A stretch of 64,000 nucleotides of DNA, taken from NCBI GenBank assembly GCA_964019335.1, contig OZ025656.1:310001-374000 (forward strand), written 5' to 3'. The notes under the pieces are model-generated. The model was not told where the DNA came from, searched no databases, and was given only the letters and a program-made list of their open reading frames with translations. This document shows positions 30,956-44,365 of the stretch, piece after piece. A program made the translations under genes and the position numbers. Origin of the DNA: Diplonema japonicum. Its lineage: Eukaryota; Protista; Euglenozoa: Diplonemea. The first letter of the stretch is position 1; each line of letters begins with the position of its first letter.

Positions 30956-33900
30956 ATGCGCATAGTCCTCTCATCTAGGTTTGAACCACGAGACTACCAG
31001 CAAAAATGTGTTCAAAAAGCAACACAAGGCAACACAACGGTAGTCATCCCAACAGGAGGTGGGAAGGTAGTGGTGGCATGCTTGACTGCTGAGCATATCA
31101 GAATGACATCAGAAAAATGTGTTTTGTGGATTGTAGGCCAACGGGATACTGGCGTGCAGTGCGATGCTGCCTACTGCTCCGCGTTTGGCTTAAAAAGAGG
31201 TAAGCGAACGGTAGTTATATCCGACATGGCTGCCTCTAGACGAGAGAAAATGTGGGAAAAGGCCAAAGGTCGCAAGGTAGCCATTGTAACCTATGATATT
31301 GTGTTGAATGACGTAGAAAGGTTCCCCGAGCTAGGGGGGATCATCATTGATTCATCCGCGTCTTTGTACCTTCGAAGATCTTCTGATACCTGCAGCAAGC
31401 TTTCCATTGTGATCGACAACCTTGTGAGTAAGTACCCTACAGTGCCCATTGTGTGTATGACTTCCCCGAACCATGCTGTTCCTCGGATAGCTTCGCTTAT
31501 ATCATCGATGCCTTGGACGCCCCTCCCGCCCCCTGCATGGGCTGCCATTGTGCCTTCAGCGGATGTTGTCGTCGTCCCTCGTTGCGATTTTCTCCTAGAC
31601 CTCATCCACAACATTGAGATTCCCGTCGCTGCCGTTCTTCAAGATGTTCAGAAGGAAGGCTACATGGAGGGCGTGACGGTGTCTGATCTGTACTTCAACC
31701 TCGCTAAGCTCTTTGAAGAACAAAACCGTGCGAGTAACGAACCCGGTCGGAAGGCCACGAAGCTCAAGGAAGCTATCGTTACCTTGCTCCACGGCAGGCA
31801 GCTTCTCGCGTCGCTCCACTTCTCCTCTTTCGGGACCTTTCTCGCAAAGGAAAACTCTTTAAGAAAAGGCTTCTACGCCGACCAGATGCGGTCGTACAAG
31901 CGACAGGCAAAGCATCCCATCCTTACCTCCGACTGGCTGACGCGTGCCAAGCAAGAGATCCGGACCTCAGGCGAGGAACATCCCAAGATGAAGGCACTGG
32001 TCAACACGATTCGTGAATGGCATGCAAGCGGCGAAGTGCGTAGTATCATCATCTGCTCCATCGAGGACACTGTGAAGCCCGTCCACGACCACCTCAAGAG
32101 CATCCTGACCACCGTGCGGCTTAGCTCCGTCACGAAAGATACTGGCAAGAAGGCTGCAGGGGAGGCAGTGGATGCGTTGCGCAAGGGCTTTTCCATCCAC
32201 TCCCTGATCCTCCCTATATCCAAGCTGTGCGAATTTGTAACGCAGCTCGGTGCAGCCCCCCTCGCCACGCCCCTCCTCACTGTCGTGTACGACCTCTCGC
32301 AGCTCAATGACATCCAAAAGAAGGCCATCACAAGGATCGGCTATCTGACCCCCTCCGTCACCATGACGTGGTTATGTGTCGAGACGGAATGGCGGCACCT
32401 GCAGCTCACCAACCAGCTTGAGGCCGACTGTCTCAAGGACACACCCTTTGTAGATGTCTCCCTTGATGACGCTGACTTCACAGTCGTGTCGGCCGAGCCT
32501 TCTTCGAATCACAACGATACGCCGCAACGTCCGACTTCCACCTCCACTGCTGTTGAAAAGACGGCGCCCGTGGGCGATCTAACCTCCAAGGCGCTGGGCA
32601 TCTGCTTTACCGAAAACTGGCCGACGTCTCTCACCTCATACCTGGGAGGGCTGCCAGCAGATCACGGCGGGGATGACATTGTGTCGCAGGTGATACGTGG
32701 CAACGGTGAGTCTGAAAAGATTGCGGAGGAGGTGTGCGGTTCGCCTAGCCCGACGCTGTACAGCCGGCTGAGGAAGCTTGCGATGGAGAAAAAGCAGCAA
32801 GCAGAGCAGCCTGTTCCTCCCCAGACCCTCAATGCTGCATCGGCGTCACCATCAGTGTCCATGCCAACCTCGATGCCAACACCGGTATCGATACCCACTC
32901 CTATGTCAGTCCCCACTCCTGTGTCGGGAGCACCCTCACCTGTCGCACCGTCGACTACACTGTATGATTTGCTGCATGGGCAGCTGCAGGAACCATCCAC
33001 ACCACCTACCGAATGCAACCACATGAAGATCGGCTCAACGTATTACATGTCAGGCGTTCCCTTGTCACCAATACGCAAGCCGAAGAACTGCGTCCCCGCC
33101 ACACCGCAGAACTGGCTCGACATTGACGTGAATTGCATCCATCCGAACAACCCAACTGCTGTGCACTTGGAGTCTGAGGCTGCTGCACAACGCAAGGAAC
33201 CAGAAAACGAAAAATGGTTCTGTTCATTCTGCTGTAATGGAAACCATCATACTTCCATATCGTGCACCACATGTGGCGAGATGCGGAAGGAGGGTGACGG
33301 GAAGGCATCCCAGGGGTCACAGGGCGTACATAGTGTACAGAAATTGGAGACCAAGCTTGTGCACGTGGAAGAAGAGCCTAATGTGCTGCAGCCGCCGCCA
33401 TTTCTCCCAGAACCTATTCAGGTTCCCATAGCGCCTCCAAGCTTTGCTCAGGCGCCAAAGGTGAAACAGCTCAGGCCCTTTGTTTCGGCCATGCCCGTAC
33501 AAGGAACAGCCCCTCAGGTGTCCACACCATCTTTATCGACACCGCAGTCTGTGGAGACACCTGTTGCTTCTCTGACCACTGATCCTACACCAGTACCCAC
33601 TCCTGAGAGTGCCCCCCCTGCACTACCTGCAAGGATACCAATACCATCGCCCCCTTCTCCGAAGCCAACAGCTCCATCAGCTCCCTCACCCTCTGCACCA
33701 GTCACCCCGTTCCCTGTTTCTCGTTTCGCTATAGCAATACCCACACCCCCTTGGTCCGAAGCTGCATCCATGCTACCACCCGAGACAACGCCCCTGTCCG
33801 CACCACCTCAGCCCGTTGCCCCTGCCGAGCCTGGGTTAGCTATTAATCTGTCGCTCATCGGAAGAATGTCACAGGGCTCAGACCTCAGCTTTGGAAGTGA

Positions 33901-35335
33901 TTCGGAAAAAGAGGATTGTCCAGCTGTCAGTGCCACTCCGGGGCTGCCGAGCAAGGAAGTCATGTCACTGTGCGTGCAAGACACCCCTCAGCAGGGACCA
34001 GGCATTACACCGATGCAGTTCTCTAGCAAGCAAGCCGACGGGTCGTGCAACATCCTGGACCTCATGAACGACAGTGACGAAGGTGGGAACGAAGAAATAC
34101 CCGATGAGGTTGAAAGCCCTGTGTACAGCGACGGGTCGAGCGACACAGCTATTGTCCCCAGCGCGTGCGTTAGGTTTGTTGGGCAGGATGTAGTGCCCTT
34201 TAGGGACGTGACCCCAGACCCGTCCTCGCAGGGCAGTGCGGGCTGTGATCCTACCACTGAATCGAATGCAGAAATGATTCCTCTCTCACAAGCAAGGAAA
34301 GTAGTAACAATACCACCTGCTGACGTACCGAAGGAAATTGCTTGCACCCCGCCTTCACAGTGCGGTGGGAATGGGAACTCGGAAAGCAACAAGAAGTCTA
34401 GAAAGCGGAAGTTCAAGTTCAACGTGGTGACGACACCCTCAACTGCAACGGGGACAAGGACAGTGACACCCTCGACACGATCGTCCATGAACACGACAGT
34501 GACGCCTGCGCAAAAGAAGAAGAATAAAAGTCTGCGGAAGAAGAGACGGAAGCTGGCGGCAAGGAAATTTCTAGACGTGACTGTAGATGCAGGGGGCGAC
34601 CTGTCCTCCGAGACAGGCACAATGTCTACAGAAGACGATAACGCCAGCTTTATTGTGTCACAGGGCTCAGAGGTATGTGCTGTGCACAACAACAATCATT
34701 ACTCAGTCTGCTTCCGCTGACGACCATTACAGACGGAGGTTGCTGAACACCTACTCACAGCTGCCCTCCGACGGTGAGGGAAACTGTGATGTCCCCGTCT
34801 TGACTGGAAGGTATGATGGCCAACACCCTGCCAACCCACTGGCGACAGGTCCCCCAAGAAGGTCAAGTTGCGACGTCGAAAGAAATTGATGGAGGATTGC
34901 CTCGAGAAGTATAAAGATATTGACGATGAAGATGAGAGTGAGATAGGGCTGAGTGATCTCGGGGAAGATGAGGAAGAAGAAGAAGGAGAAGAAGGAGAAG
35001 AGTCCGAGTACATGGTACAGCTGCAGGGGAAAGATGTGTGTTTCAAGTGTAAGATGCCGGGGCATTGGTGTGCAGAGTGCCCGAACACCCCTAGCAGTAC
35101 CAATAAGGTGCAGCGGTCGTTGCCTACCGACAGCAGCTTCGTTCGGAATACTTTCCAGTTGCACGACCCTTCTAACGCTGACCGCAACAAGCCAAAGCCC
35201 TTCATCGCTGCCTCGAATCCTATCAATTCCAAGCCGCAGCCCTTCGTTCCTAAATCCATGCCTGCTCCTTTCATCCCGCCACCTTTCAACCCCCACCAAC
35301 ACGCCAACAGAGCTGTTCCTTTTATTCCTAGATGA
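30956..35335 (+). CDS. Divergent FANCM/Mph1-like SF2 helicase-fold protein with RanBP2-type and CCHC zinc fingers; introns 34673-34706 and 34811-34848
   Basis: EPRDYQ, IPTGGGK, HPKM; WFCSFC..CTTCG; ARKFLD...SFIV; CFKCKMPGHWCAEC. Two GTATG..CAG introns join three ORFs in frame. Confidence 0.72.
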
Positions 35336-35454
35336 TTTTCACTTATTCTGTAGGGCACAACAGGCCTGCCATGTTTAGTTTCTTGTTATTATTCTTTACA
35401 CACTTCTTGCTTGATTGCTTACACAACAAACAGCTTGCTTGACAATCTACCAAA

Positions 35455-37578
35455 ATGGCTGAGACCTTTGCATTCCAGGCTGAGATCAACCAGTTGATGA
35501 GCTTGATCATCAACACGTTCTACTCGAACAAGGAGATCTTCCTGCGTGAGCTTATCTCGAACTCGTCCGATGCTCTCGACAAGATGCGCCACATGTCGCT
35601 GTTGGACAAGGAGGCGCTGAAGGACGAGGAGAGGATGCTGATCCAGATCCACGCTGACAAGGCGGCGAAGACGATCACGCTGACGGACACTGGTGTGGGG
35701 ATGACGAAGGCAGACCTGGTGAACAACCTGGGAACGATCGCGAGGTCCGGGACGAAGGGCTTCATGGAGGCTCTGGAGGCCGGGGCTGACATGTCGATGA
35801 TCGGGCAGTTCGGTGTGGGTTTCTACAGCGCGTACCTGGTGTCGGACAAGGTGACGGTGGTCTCGAAGCACAACGACGACGAGTGCCACCAGTGGGAGTC
35901 TGCTGCGGGAGGGACCTTCACGGTGACGAAGTGCGAGGACGCGGACCTGAAGAGGGGGACCAGGATCACTTGCCACTTGAAGGACGACCAGCTTGAGTTC
36001 TTGGAGGAGAGGAGGATCAAGGACCTTGTGAAGAAGCACTCTGAGTTCATCGGCTACGACATCGAGCTGGAGGTGGAGAAGACGAACGAGAAGGAGGTGA
36101 CGGACGACGAGGACGAGGACGAGGAGGAGGAGAAGAAGAAGGAGGAGGAGGGTGAGAAGAAGGAGGGAGAGGACGAGCCGAAGGTGGAGGAGGTGAAGGA
36201 GGGAGAGGAGAAGAAGAAGAAGACGAAGAAGGTGAAGGAGGTGACGAAGGAGATGGAGAAGCTGAACAAGAACAAGCCCCTTTGGACGAGGGACCCGAAG
36301 GAGATCACGAAGGAGGAGTACGGGAGCTTCTACAAGGCGATCTCGAACGACTGGGAGGAGCACCTCGCTGTGAAGCACTTCGCTGTGGAGGGACAGCTGG
36401 AGTTCAGGGCGATCCTGTTCATCCCCAGGAGGGCCCCCTTCGACATGTTCGAGCCCAACAAGAAGAAGACCAACATCAAGCTCTACGTGAGGAGGGTGTT
36501 CATCATGGACAGCTGCGAGGACCTCATCCCGGAGTGGCTCTCCTTCATCAAGGGGATCGTGGACAGCGAGGACCTCCCCCTGAACATCTCGCGTGAGAAC
36601 CTGCAGCAGAACAAGATCCTGAAGGTGATCAAGAAGAACATCGTGAAGAAGACCCTTGAGATGGTGGAGGAGATCAGCGAGAACAAGGAGGACTTCGCGA
36701 AGCTCCACGAGCACTTCGGGAAGAACCTGAAGCTCGGGATCCACGAGGACTCGCAGAACAGGAAGAAGCTCGCTGAGTTCATGAGGTACTTCTCGACGAA
36801 GAGCGGGGAGGAGACGACCTCGCTGAAGGACTACGTGACCAGGATGAAGGAGGAGCAGAAGGAGATCTACTACATCACTGGTGAGAGCAAGGCCAAGATC
36901 GAGAACTCCCCGTTCATCGAGCAGTGCAAGAAGAGGGGCCTGGAGGTGCTTCTGATGACGGACCCGATCGACGAGTACGCGATGCAGCAGCTGAAGGAGT
37001 ACGAGGACAAGAAGTTCAGGTGCGTGACCAAGGAGGGTTTGAAGTTCGAGGAGACCGAGGAGGAGAAGAAGCAGAAGGAGGAGGAGAAGGCTGCCTTCGA
37101 GACCCTCTGCAAGACCATGAAGGACATCCTCGGGGACAAGGTGGAGAAGGTGATGCTGTCGGACCGTCTCGCACAGGCCCCGTGCATCCTGGTGACCTCG
37201 GAGTTCGGGTGGAGCGCGCACATGGAGCAGATCATGAAGATGCAGGCCCTGAGGGACTCCTCCAGCAGCGGCTACATGGTGAGCAAGAAGACCATGGAGG
37301 TGAACCCCGCCCACCCCATCGTGAAGACCCTGAAGGCGAAGGCCGACTCCGACGCCAACGACAAGACCGTGAAGGACCTCGTGCTCCTCCTCTTCGAGAC
37401 CTCGCTCCTCACCTCCGGCTTCTCCCTCGAGGACCCCGCCGGATACGCCGAGAGGATCCACCGCATGATCAAGCTCGGGCTCTCCATCGACGACGACGAC
37501 GAGGAGGACGCACCCATCGAGGCCGACACCACCGCCGCTGAGGACGAGGGTGAGTCCAAGATGGAGGAGGTTGACTAA
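35455..37578 (+). CDS. HSP90: Cytosolic heat shock protein 90
   Basis: [43 protein letters not shown]-terminal MEEVD; [11 protein letters not shown] as in euglenozoan HSP83/90. Confidence 0.99.
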   Translation: MAETFAFQAEINQLMSLIINTFYSNKEIFLRELISNSSDALDKMRHMSLLDKEALKDEERMLIQIHADKAAKTITLTDTGVGMTKADLVNNLGTIARSGTKGFMEALEAGADMSMIGQFGVGFYSAYLVSDKVTVVSKHNDDECHQWESAAGGTFTVTKCEDADLKRGTRITCHLKDDQLEFLEERRIKDLVKKHSEFIGYDIELEVEKTNEKEVTDDEDEDEEEEKKKEEEGEKKEGEDEPKVEEVKEGEEKKKKTKKVKEVTKEMEKLNKNKPLWTRDPKEITKEEYGSFYKAISNDWEEHLAVKHFAVEGQLEFRAILFIPRRAPFDMFEPNKKKTNIKLYVRRVFIMDSCEDLIPEWLSFIKGIVDSEDLPLNISRENLQQNKILKVIKKNIVKKTLEMVEEISENKEDFAKLHEHFGKNLKLGIHEDSQNRKKLAEFMRYFSTKSGEETTSLKDYVTRMKEEQKEIYYITGESKAKIENSPFIEQCKKRGLEVLLMTDPIDEYAMQQLKEYEDKKFRCVTKEGLKFEETEEEKKQKEEEKAAFETLCKTMKDILGDKVEKVMLSDRLAQAPCILVTSEFGWSAHMEQIMKMQALRDSSSSGYMVSKKTMEVNPAHPIVKTLKAKADSDANDKTVKDLVLLLFETSLLTSGFSLEDPAGYAERIHRMIKLGLSIDDDDEEDAPIEADTTAAEDEGESKMEEVD

Positions 37579-38164
37579 GACTACCGCCTCGCAACAACTC
37601 CCTTCCCTTGCCCTTAGCCCCCCTCTTTAATAATCTCTTTGCTTTTTTTTCTCTCCATTTTTTCCTCTTCTAGAAACGTAAGCTACATTTCTTAATAGTT
37701 TTTCTTCTTTTCTTCTTTTAGTTATCGATTTTATTTATTTTTAAGGGAAGGAAATTAAAAAGCTAAACATGTTTTTTTGTTTCCTCTTCCCCCTTTTCGC
37801 TGGAAGGACATGCAAGGTGAACGTTTGCTTAGACGAAACTGAAAGATGTCCGGTGTCATTTCTTTTTTTAAACTTTTTTTTGCCTTGGATTCTCTTAAGT
37901 CCCTCCCCCCTTATCGTTTACATATTAATCTTGGATTTTTCTTTTTCTTTTTTAATTGGGGTGGTTCTCAGTTAAAGGTTTTCATCAAAAATTTTTTTCT
38001 CATCTCTTTTTATTTTTGTTTTTTTATTTCCCGCTCAAAAACCCCCCTGATAGTTTTTTATTCTTCTCTTAAGATTTTTATTGAAAAAAAAACCCCTTGA
38101 CAGCAAGATTTTCACCACTCTAAGGACGGGAAAAAGCGAGAAAGAAAAAAAAAAAAAAGAAAAA

Positions 38165-39284
38165 ATGGGATATCTAAAAGGTCTAGCAGTTTTACTGCCG
38201 ATTCTAGTGTCAGCCATTGTGGGTGCGGTTGTGGTGCTGCCGTTGGGGTTTCCGTTGATTTTCTTCCCGTCGGTGAGGGCGGTGTACCACGCGTGGGCAG
38301 ACTTGCTGAAAAAACAGTGGTTCACCCTTGTCACAATAATGCTGCATAATGTTGGCGGCATCAAGCTGTTCAGTTATGGTGACGTCCCTGTCGACGAACC
38401 AGCACTGGTACTGAGTAATCATCGAACTAGAATTGACTGGATGATCCTTTGGGGCTACTTCCTGCGGTGTCCAGGCCAACGACTGCGAGAACTTAGAATC
38501 GTTCTGAAGAAAGCATTGCAAAAACTCCCCGTTTTCGGTTGGGCCATGGCAACCTTCCGGTTTATATTCCTCTCCAGGGAGTGGAACAAGGACAAGGAAC
38601 AACTCTCCCTTCTCATCAAATACTATAAACACTACAAGGAACAAAGCACGATTTTAATTTTCCCCGAGGGGACCGATCTCCATAAAAGTGCGCTAGCCAA
38701 ATCTGTCACATACGCTGAGAAAAATAATCTCCCTGTTTTGAAGAATGTTCTGTATCCGAGATCTACCGGGACACAGTTTATCCTAGACAGTATGAGCGAT
38801 TGTTTTGAGGCGGTGTGGGATATTACTATTGCGTACAAAGACAGAGTTCCTGGTGAGAGGCCTGATGAAATGAAGCTTGCGAAAGGTCTTTTCCCCAAGG
38901 AGGTTCATGTGCACCTTAAGAGACATCCCATGAAGTCCTTCCCGAAGGGCGAAAAAGGGTTTCCGGAATGGCTGACAAAAACTTTTGTCAACAAGGAAGC
39001 TATTCTTGCTGACTTCAACACCAACCACAAATTCGAAGGTCCGAGGGTCCCTATTGTAACGAGCCCCGTTGCCATCCTCTCGTGCATTGCATATTGGGCA
39101 GTTGCATTGGTTTACTTGTCGGTCTTGGTTTCCACATGGTATGAATGGAGGGGACAATAATAAAAAAAGAGCTTTTTTTTTTTTTTTTAGGTACGGTGTT
39201 TTATTCCTGTTTCTCGCTATCACATTGAATGTTTTCTATGGGCCGTCTCAAGATGAATTGCTCTACAAATCTGTGCAAAATTAA
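38165..39284 (+). CDS. Lysophospholipid acyltransferase (LCLAT1/AGPAT-like); intron 39139-39190
   Basis: NHRTRIDW, FIFLSR, IFPEGT, VLYPR motifs; a GTATG..TAG intron adds the last TM segment. Confidence 0.88.
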
Positions 39285-40160
39285 AAAAAAAAAGAAAAAA
39301 ATTTTTTTTTTAAAAAAGGAACCTAGCTAATTTTAACAAAGTAATGCCTTTTTTTTTCCCCCCTCTATTTTTATTTCTTCTCGAGGCGCCTCATTTCGAC
39401 GGGAAAAAGTCATGCTTTTTGAAGAGTTGTGTAAAGGAATGGCCCAAATGTGTGAAAATAAGAAGAAACAAAATATGTTCATCAAGCAGGTGGCGTGCCT
39501 CTCCCTCTCTATTATTGTTATTATTATTATCTTTTTTGAGAAGCTGCTTGACCCCTACGTTGGGGAAATGCTCAAAACCAACCCCCTTAGTTTGGGACCT
39601 GGGTGGGGTTCTGCTGACAGCTCAAGCAGGGGTGGGCGACTTTGAGCATTTTAGAGACTTGGGGGGGGGGGGGGGGGGGGGGCGAGCTTTGAGCAATTTA
39701 GAAACTAAAGGGCGGGCTTTAGCATTCCGAAAAGTTTTTTTTAGGGTTAAGTTAGCACTTCACCCTTTGTTTTTCCACCCCCTTTTGCCCGCTGATATTT
39801 GTTTTCTCCTTTGCAACCCTAACAACTAAGATCCAAAGTTCCTTCTGTACAAACAACTTTTCTTTTTTTTTTTTGTTTTTGCTTAGTTTTATTTTTCTTT
39901 TTTCTTTTTGGAAGGAGCAAGTGAAAAAAGAAGTCTTTATTTTTTAAAACGAGGGGATAACAAAAAAAAAAAAAGAAAGAGTATGAAGCAGGGACAAGCA
40001 AACAAGAAAGGGAAGGGGGAAAGTGTAGTGTCTGTTCTTAATTCTTTAGTGGGGGGTCGTCCCCCCATCACAGTGAAAATTTCTTTTTTTTTACCCCCCC
40101 TTCTCTTTAGCAATCCCCCCCATCTTGAACATAGTAACACCTCCCACCACAGGCGGGCTA

Positions 40161-41975
40161 ATGCCCTATGTCGATGCAGGCAGCGATGTCACATTCTTTC
40201 AGGCTGTACAGCGGTCAGGGCTGCTTAAAAAGCCAGAGGAAAATGAAGAACCGGCCCCTGCAGAAGAAGAGCTAGTAATTGATGAACCTCCACAAAGGGC
40301 CACGGAAGTCATAAGAGGCTGTTTAACTACTTCTGAAGAAGGGCTTCCACCTGAAGAAACTGCAGAACTCCTTGTAGCGTCCCTTGCCGCAGTCCTTGAA
40401 GAGCCACCATCACGAAAAGACATGTCAGTACAGGTCACTGCAACTGCTGAGCAAGGTACTCAACCTGACCCTCAAGCGTGCAAACCGCAATCGGAGGACA
40501 GTCGAGTAGACGTGGATGATGAGTATGCTGAACATGTACATAGCGACGAGAAGAGTGAAGAGAAAAGTGAGGAGAAGAGCGAAGAGAAAGAAGATGCCCT
40601 GGAGGAAACCGCCACCGTCGAGCAAGAAGAAATACAAGAGCCAGTACAACCCGAGCCGGACAAGCAGAACGAAGCAAAAAACAGCGAACCTCACTTGCAT
40701 CACAGCCAACATTTCTCTGGCCCTTCACTGTATCACCACCACCATCACCACCACTACCATAATGTGCACCAAGGGCAGTATCACCAACACTTCCATCACC
40801 ACCAGCACCACCCGCATGTGCCGCCAGGGCTTCCCCACTATCCCCACCACCTGCATCAAAACCAACATCAACACCACCTACCGCCGACAGGAGAGCCTTT
40901 TAGGCATGTGAGCCATTACCCTCATTACCATGCTCATTTGCCGCACCCGCCGGCTGGTGTGATTCATCACCACCATCACCACCAACAGCATCACCACCAT
41001 CAACAACATGAGTGGTCACGGCAGCAACAGCCTCAGCAGCAACCTCAGCAACAGTCTCAGTTACGGCAGCAGGCGCAACAACAGCAGGAAAAGCAACCAA
41101 CTGTTTCCGACACGAAGCCTGCCCCACGACATGTGCCGCTTCCGATGCCTACACCCGATGAGACCAAGCCCCCTTCGGCAGAGCATTTTAAAGAGGTTGA
41201 AGACAAGCTTCTAACAGCAATGAGTGGTGTGACCGACCGTGTGCCTGAGCAGAACTCGTCGGAGTGTGCCACTGCAGACGAGCTCTACGCACGTTTCAAA
41301 ACTTCGATGGGTGTGATCGAGGCGCTGGATTCAGCACTCACACAAGTCGACAGTCTGCAGCAGCAGGTAGTGGAGGCAAGCGCACAGGAACAGGTCGTCC
41401 ATTTGCAGAATGCTGTAGATAAGCTCGACCGGGCACAGAAGGGTCTAAACGGTGCTGTGGGGAAACAAGTCTTGAAGACTGTAGTGCAGCAGCACACTGT
41501 TGCTTCGTCGCTCAAGGAGGCATCCCGTGCGGCAGCTAGTACTGCTGCTGTTGCAACCAATATGTCTGTGAAGCAGTCGACCTTTGGCGAAGCCAGCAGC
41601 CGCAGACGGAGGGCAACACCGATGCAGATCACCATTGAGAGGGACACAATTGCAGACGAGAATCCGGCAAATTACTACTGGAAGAAGGTAGGGACAGGTA
41701 AGAAGAGGAGCAAAAAGGACCCACTGTTCAAGCAACTGGTGCAGGATCGAAGGGAGGTTCTCCATTTGCATTCTGCAACCACTTTACCTCTACAACCCAG
41801 CAGCATGCCGTCACCAAAGCCCTCGTACACATCCTTGTCGAGTACCATTTCGCCGAAGGCCGAGTCGCGCACCGGCACCGTCAGCATCCACAGCAGCGCC
41901 GACTATACTGATGCCTTCGAGAGTGTTGCGTACGAAGACGACGTCGTGCATGTACCTGAGCTGGATTTTCAATAG
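40161..41975 (+). CDS. Large disordered His/Gln-rich hypothetical protein, 5' portion (probably spliced to the next ORF)
   Basis: Long open frame. Start uncertain (a possible upstream exon near 39983). Confidence 0.65.
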   Translation: MPYVDAGSDVTFFQAVQRSGLLKKPEENEEPAPAEEELVIDEPPQRATEVIRGCLTTSEEGLPPEETAELLVASLAAVLEEPPSRKDMSVQVTATAEQGTQPDPQACKPQSEDSRVDVDDEYAEHVHSDEKSEEKSEEKSEEKEDALEETATVEQEEIQEPVQPEPDKQNEAKNSEPHLHHSQHFSGPSLYHHHHHHHYHNVHQGQYHQHFHHHQHHPHVPPGLPHYPHHLHQNQHQHHLPPTGEPFRHVSHYPHYHAHLPHPPAGVIHHHHHHQQHHHHQQHEWSRQQQPQQQPQQQSQLRQQAQQQQEKQPTVSDTKPAPRHVPLPMPTPDETKPPSAEHFKEVEDKLLTAMSGVTDRVPEQNSSECATADELYARFKTSMGVIEALDSALTQVDSLQQQVVEASAQEQVVHLQNAVDKLDRAQKGLNGAVGKQVLKTVVQQHTVASSLKEASRAAASTAAVATNMSVKQSTFGEASSRRRRATPMQITIERDTIADENPANYYWKKVGTGKKRSKKDPLFKQLVQDRREVLHLHSATTLPLQPSSMPSPKPSYTSLSSTISPKAESRTGTVSIHSSADYTDAFESVAYEDDVVHVPELDFQ

Positions 41976-43879
41976 CCGTCTCCTCTCGCTGGGATGGAGG
42001 GAGGCGGGACAATGTAATCCCAAAGACGCGAACGTGCGTGCTGTGCAACATGCCGGCTGCCGAAGGTGTTAACTACATAAAGGCAGACGACATGTTCTAC
42101 CACCCTACGTGCTACACGAAGAGGAAGAAGATCGCGAAGTACATTTGCGTTGCAAGCGCAGCTGTTGCAGCGGTCACCTGTGACGTACCCAAGACACCCG
42201 AACCTGCAAACGAGGAAGAATTTGACCTTTCGATGCCTTTACCTCTATCGCCTATCCCTGCCCCTTCTGCCACCGCCCCGCCGTTGTTATCTTTGATAGA
42301 GAACTGTGCCGCACAAGTGGAACAGCGCAACAAGGCAGTCAGTAAGTTGCTTGCTGCAGTGTATGACGACAACAATAGTTTAGAAGGAGAAGAACAGCTG
42401 CAGAGGAAGATAGCGTGGGCAGAAGACAAGCTGCATGAAGTGATACACCCTGCACCCTCAAGTGACGGTGCACCTGTAGACGAGGCAAGTGTGGATGACC
42501 TGACTCACCACGCGGAGAGCATTTCAGACATCATGAGTGACAGAATCGTGACAGACAGCATCGGCTCTGAGGGCAGCGCAGGTGAAGACATAAACGATGA
42601 TATGGTGGAGGACATCAGCGACGGCATGCTCGGTGCGGAGGTGGAGGTCGAGGACCTGGACAGCAGTGACATTGCCGACGATGTGGACACCGACCTGCGC
42701 ACATCGCAGCAGAGCAAGATAGGAAGCCTGTTCTCAGAGATCGTCGACGACCTCGTTTCAGTGGCACGCACGCCAAGCGCAACAAACATTAATAGGCTGG
42801 ACGAGATCCTGCAAGACCTGACCATATCAGAGGACCTCGCGCTCTCTCCACGTAGCAGCAGACGGGACATCCTCACAAGTTTGAAGGAGATGCTCGAGGA
42901 TGATATAGAAGACGACATCAGCATAGATATGCTGGGCTTTGATTCAAAGAGCGCGCTCATCACATCAGTCGTCGACACCCTTGTGTCGATGGACTCAGTG
43001 GACACGGGAACACCCCTGATCAGGAGGTCTGTTATTGTGCGGCATTCGATCACGTCTACACCCGACTTCCATGATTTCCGCGATACAGAGCATCACGACG
43101 ATGTGGTTCTGGAGGAGGACATCCCCGAGAATCTGGAAGAGATACCAGACTTCACAGAAGAGGTCGTATCGGTGACGGACAGCATACAGACGTTCAAAAC
43201 AAGAGTTGTGGACGAGGAAGAACATTTGAGAATGAAAGTGAAGAAGACGGAAAGAGCAATGTCGATGACACCTATATCAGAAGTAGTGGTGATGACCGAA
43301 GCAGACGAGATCGACGACGATGTGGAGTCAAGCGTCGGGACTTTCACACACGATCTCAGCATTGTTGCCGATGATGTGTCGATCGATGACAATGTGGACG
43401 ACATTGCAAGCCTGGTGAGTTCTGTGAAGGCAGCCAGCATCCCTAGCGAGATAAGTGTTGTTGCTGACGAGCCAGTTGAAGCCATTGTAACAGACATGGA
43501 AAGCGACCCTGCCAGTGCGGTTCAATCTGAATTCCCTGAAGACGTTGAAAGTATCAGGTCTGAAGCTGGGTCGTCGTTATGCCTCCTCGACTCTCACCAT
43601 CCTTGGTCCTCCACATCTTGTGAAACTGGTACAACTCACTCCAGTTTCTCTTCGGTCTCGCGCTCGCCCCCCCGTCCCAGGTATAGGTTTAACCCTATCA
43701 CGGGAAAACCTTTCCTGGCTCCGCATGACGATTCTCGCTTAGACTGCCCTGACGAAATCTACCCTCACTCTGACCACGAAACAGGTTACCATCGCGGGCA
43801 CGACGAGGCGTCGCCCCACAACCCCAGACGGCACCGTTACAAGAAGAAGTTTAAACCACGCTTAGAAATAGAATACTAG
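41976..43879 (+). CDS. Acidic low-complexity protein with a CxxC...HxxC (LIM-like) motif, probably the 3' exon of the preceding gene
   Basis: Frame is open from just after AATAG (41975): VSSRWDGGRRDNVIPKTRTCVLC...FYHPTC. Donor site not resolved (candidate 41923). Confidence 0.6.
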
Positions 43880-44286
43880 AGGGAAAAAAAAAAGAAAAAA
43901 AAAAGGGAGGGTCTTACCAGTGCCAGTTCTTTTTATTACGCTCCATATTCGCTAAGTGACCCGCCCTATGTCCCAAAGGGGTTATAGGGGGCTATAGGGG
44001 AAAAAATGTCAAAAATGCCCAAAGGTTCATTGAATTTTTTTTTTCAAAAAATCCATATGTCGAACATGAAAGAACGGTGAGTTCCAAGGAAGTTCCAAAA
44101 AAAATTTTCCAAAAAAAAAATATTGGGGGCCAACCAAAATGACCTTGGAAGTCGCCATTTTGAGTTTTGGCCATTTTTGCCAAACTTTTGCAACTGGGCA
44201 CTTTTCCCTTTGAAAAACATGGTTAACAGGGTTCGATCCCAGAAGCCAGCATCTTCCTGACCAGTAGTTCAGCCGAAAATATTTTC

Positions 44287-44365
44287 GAAGGTGTAGTCTA
44301 GTTGGGGGGGCTTTGCCCTGTACCTAGGCGAAGCGGGTTCAAGCCCCACTCCAGCGGATTTTTTT
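44287..44365 (+). pseudogene. tRNA-like Pol III cassette (not a canonical tRNA)
   Basis: A box TAGTCTAGTTGG (44294), B box GGTTCAAGCCC (44336), T7 run; acceptor stem defective. Confidence 0.6.

Noticed and set aside
34587-34889. Stop-codon readthrough or an alternative genetic code to join split ORFs
   Set aside because: Ordinary GT-AG introns explain the joins; TAA, TAG and TGA all terminate genes normally.
35419-37461. 680 aa antisense ORF opposite HSP90
   Set aside because: Expected shadow of extreme G/C-ending codon bias; Leu-rich and with no motifs.
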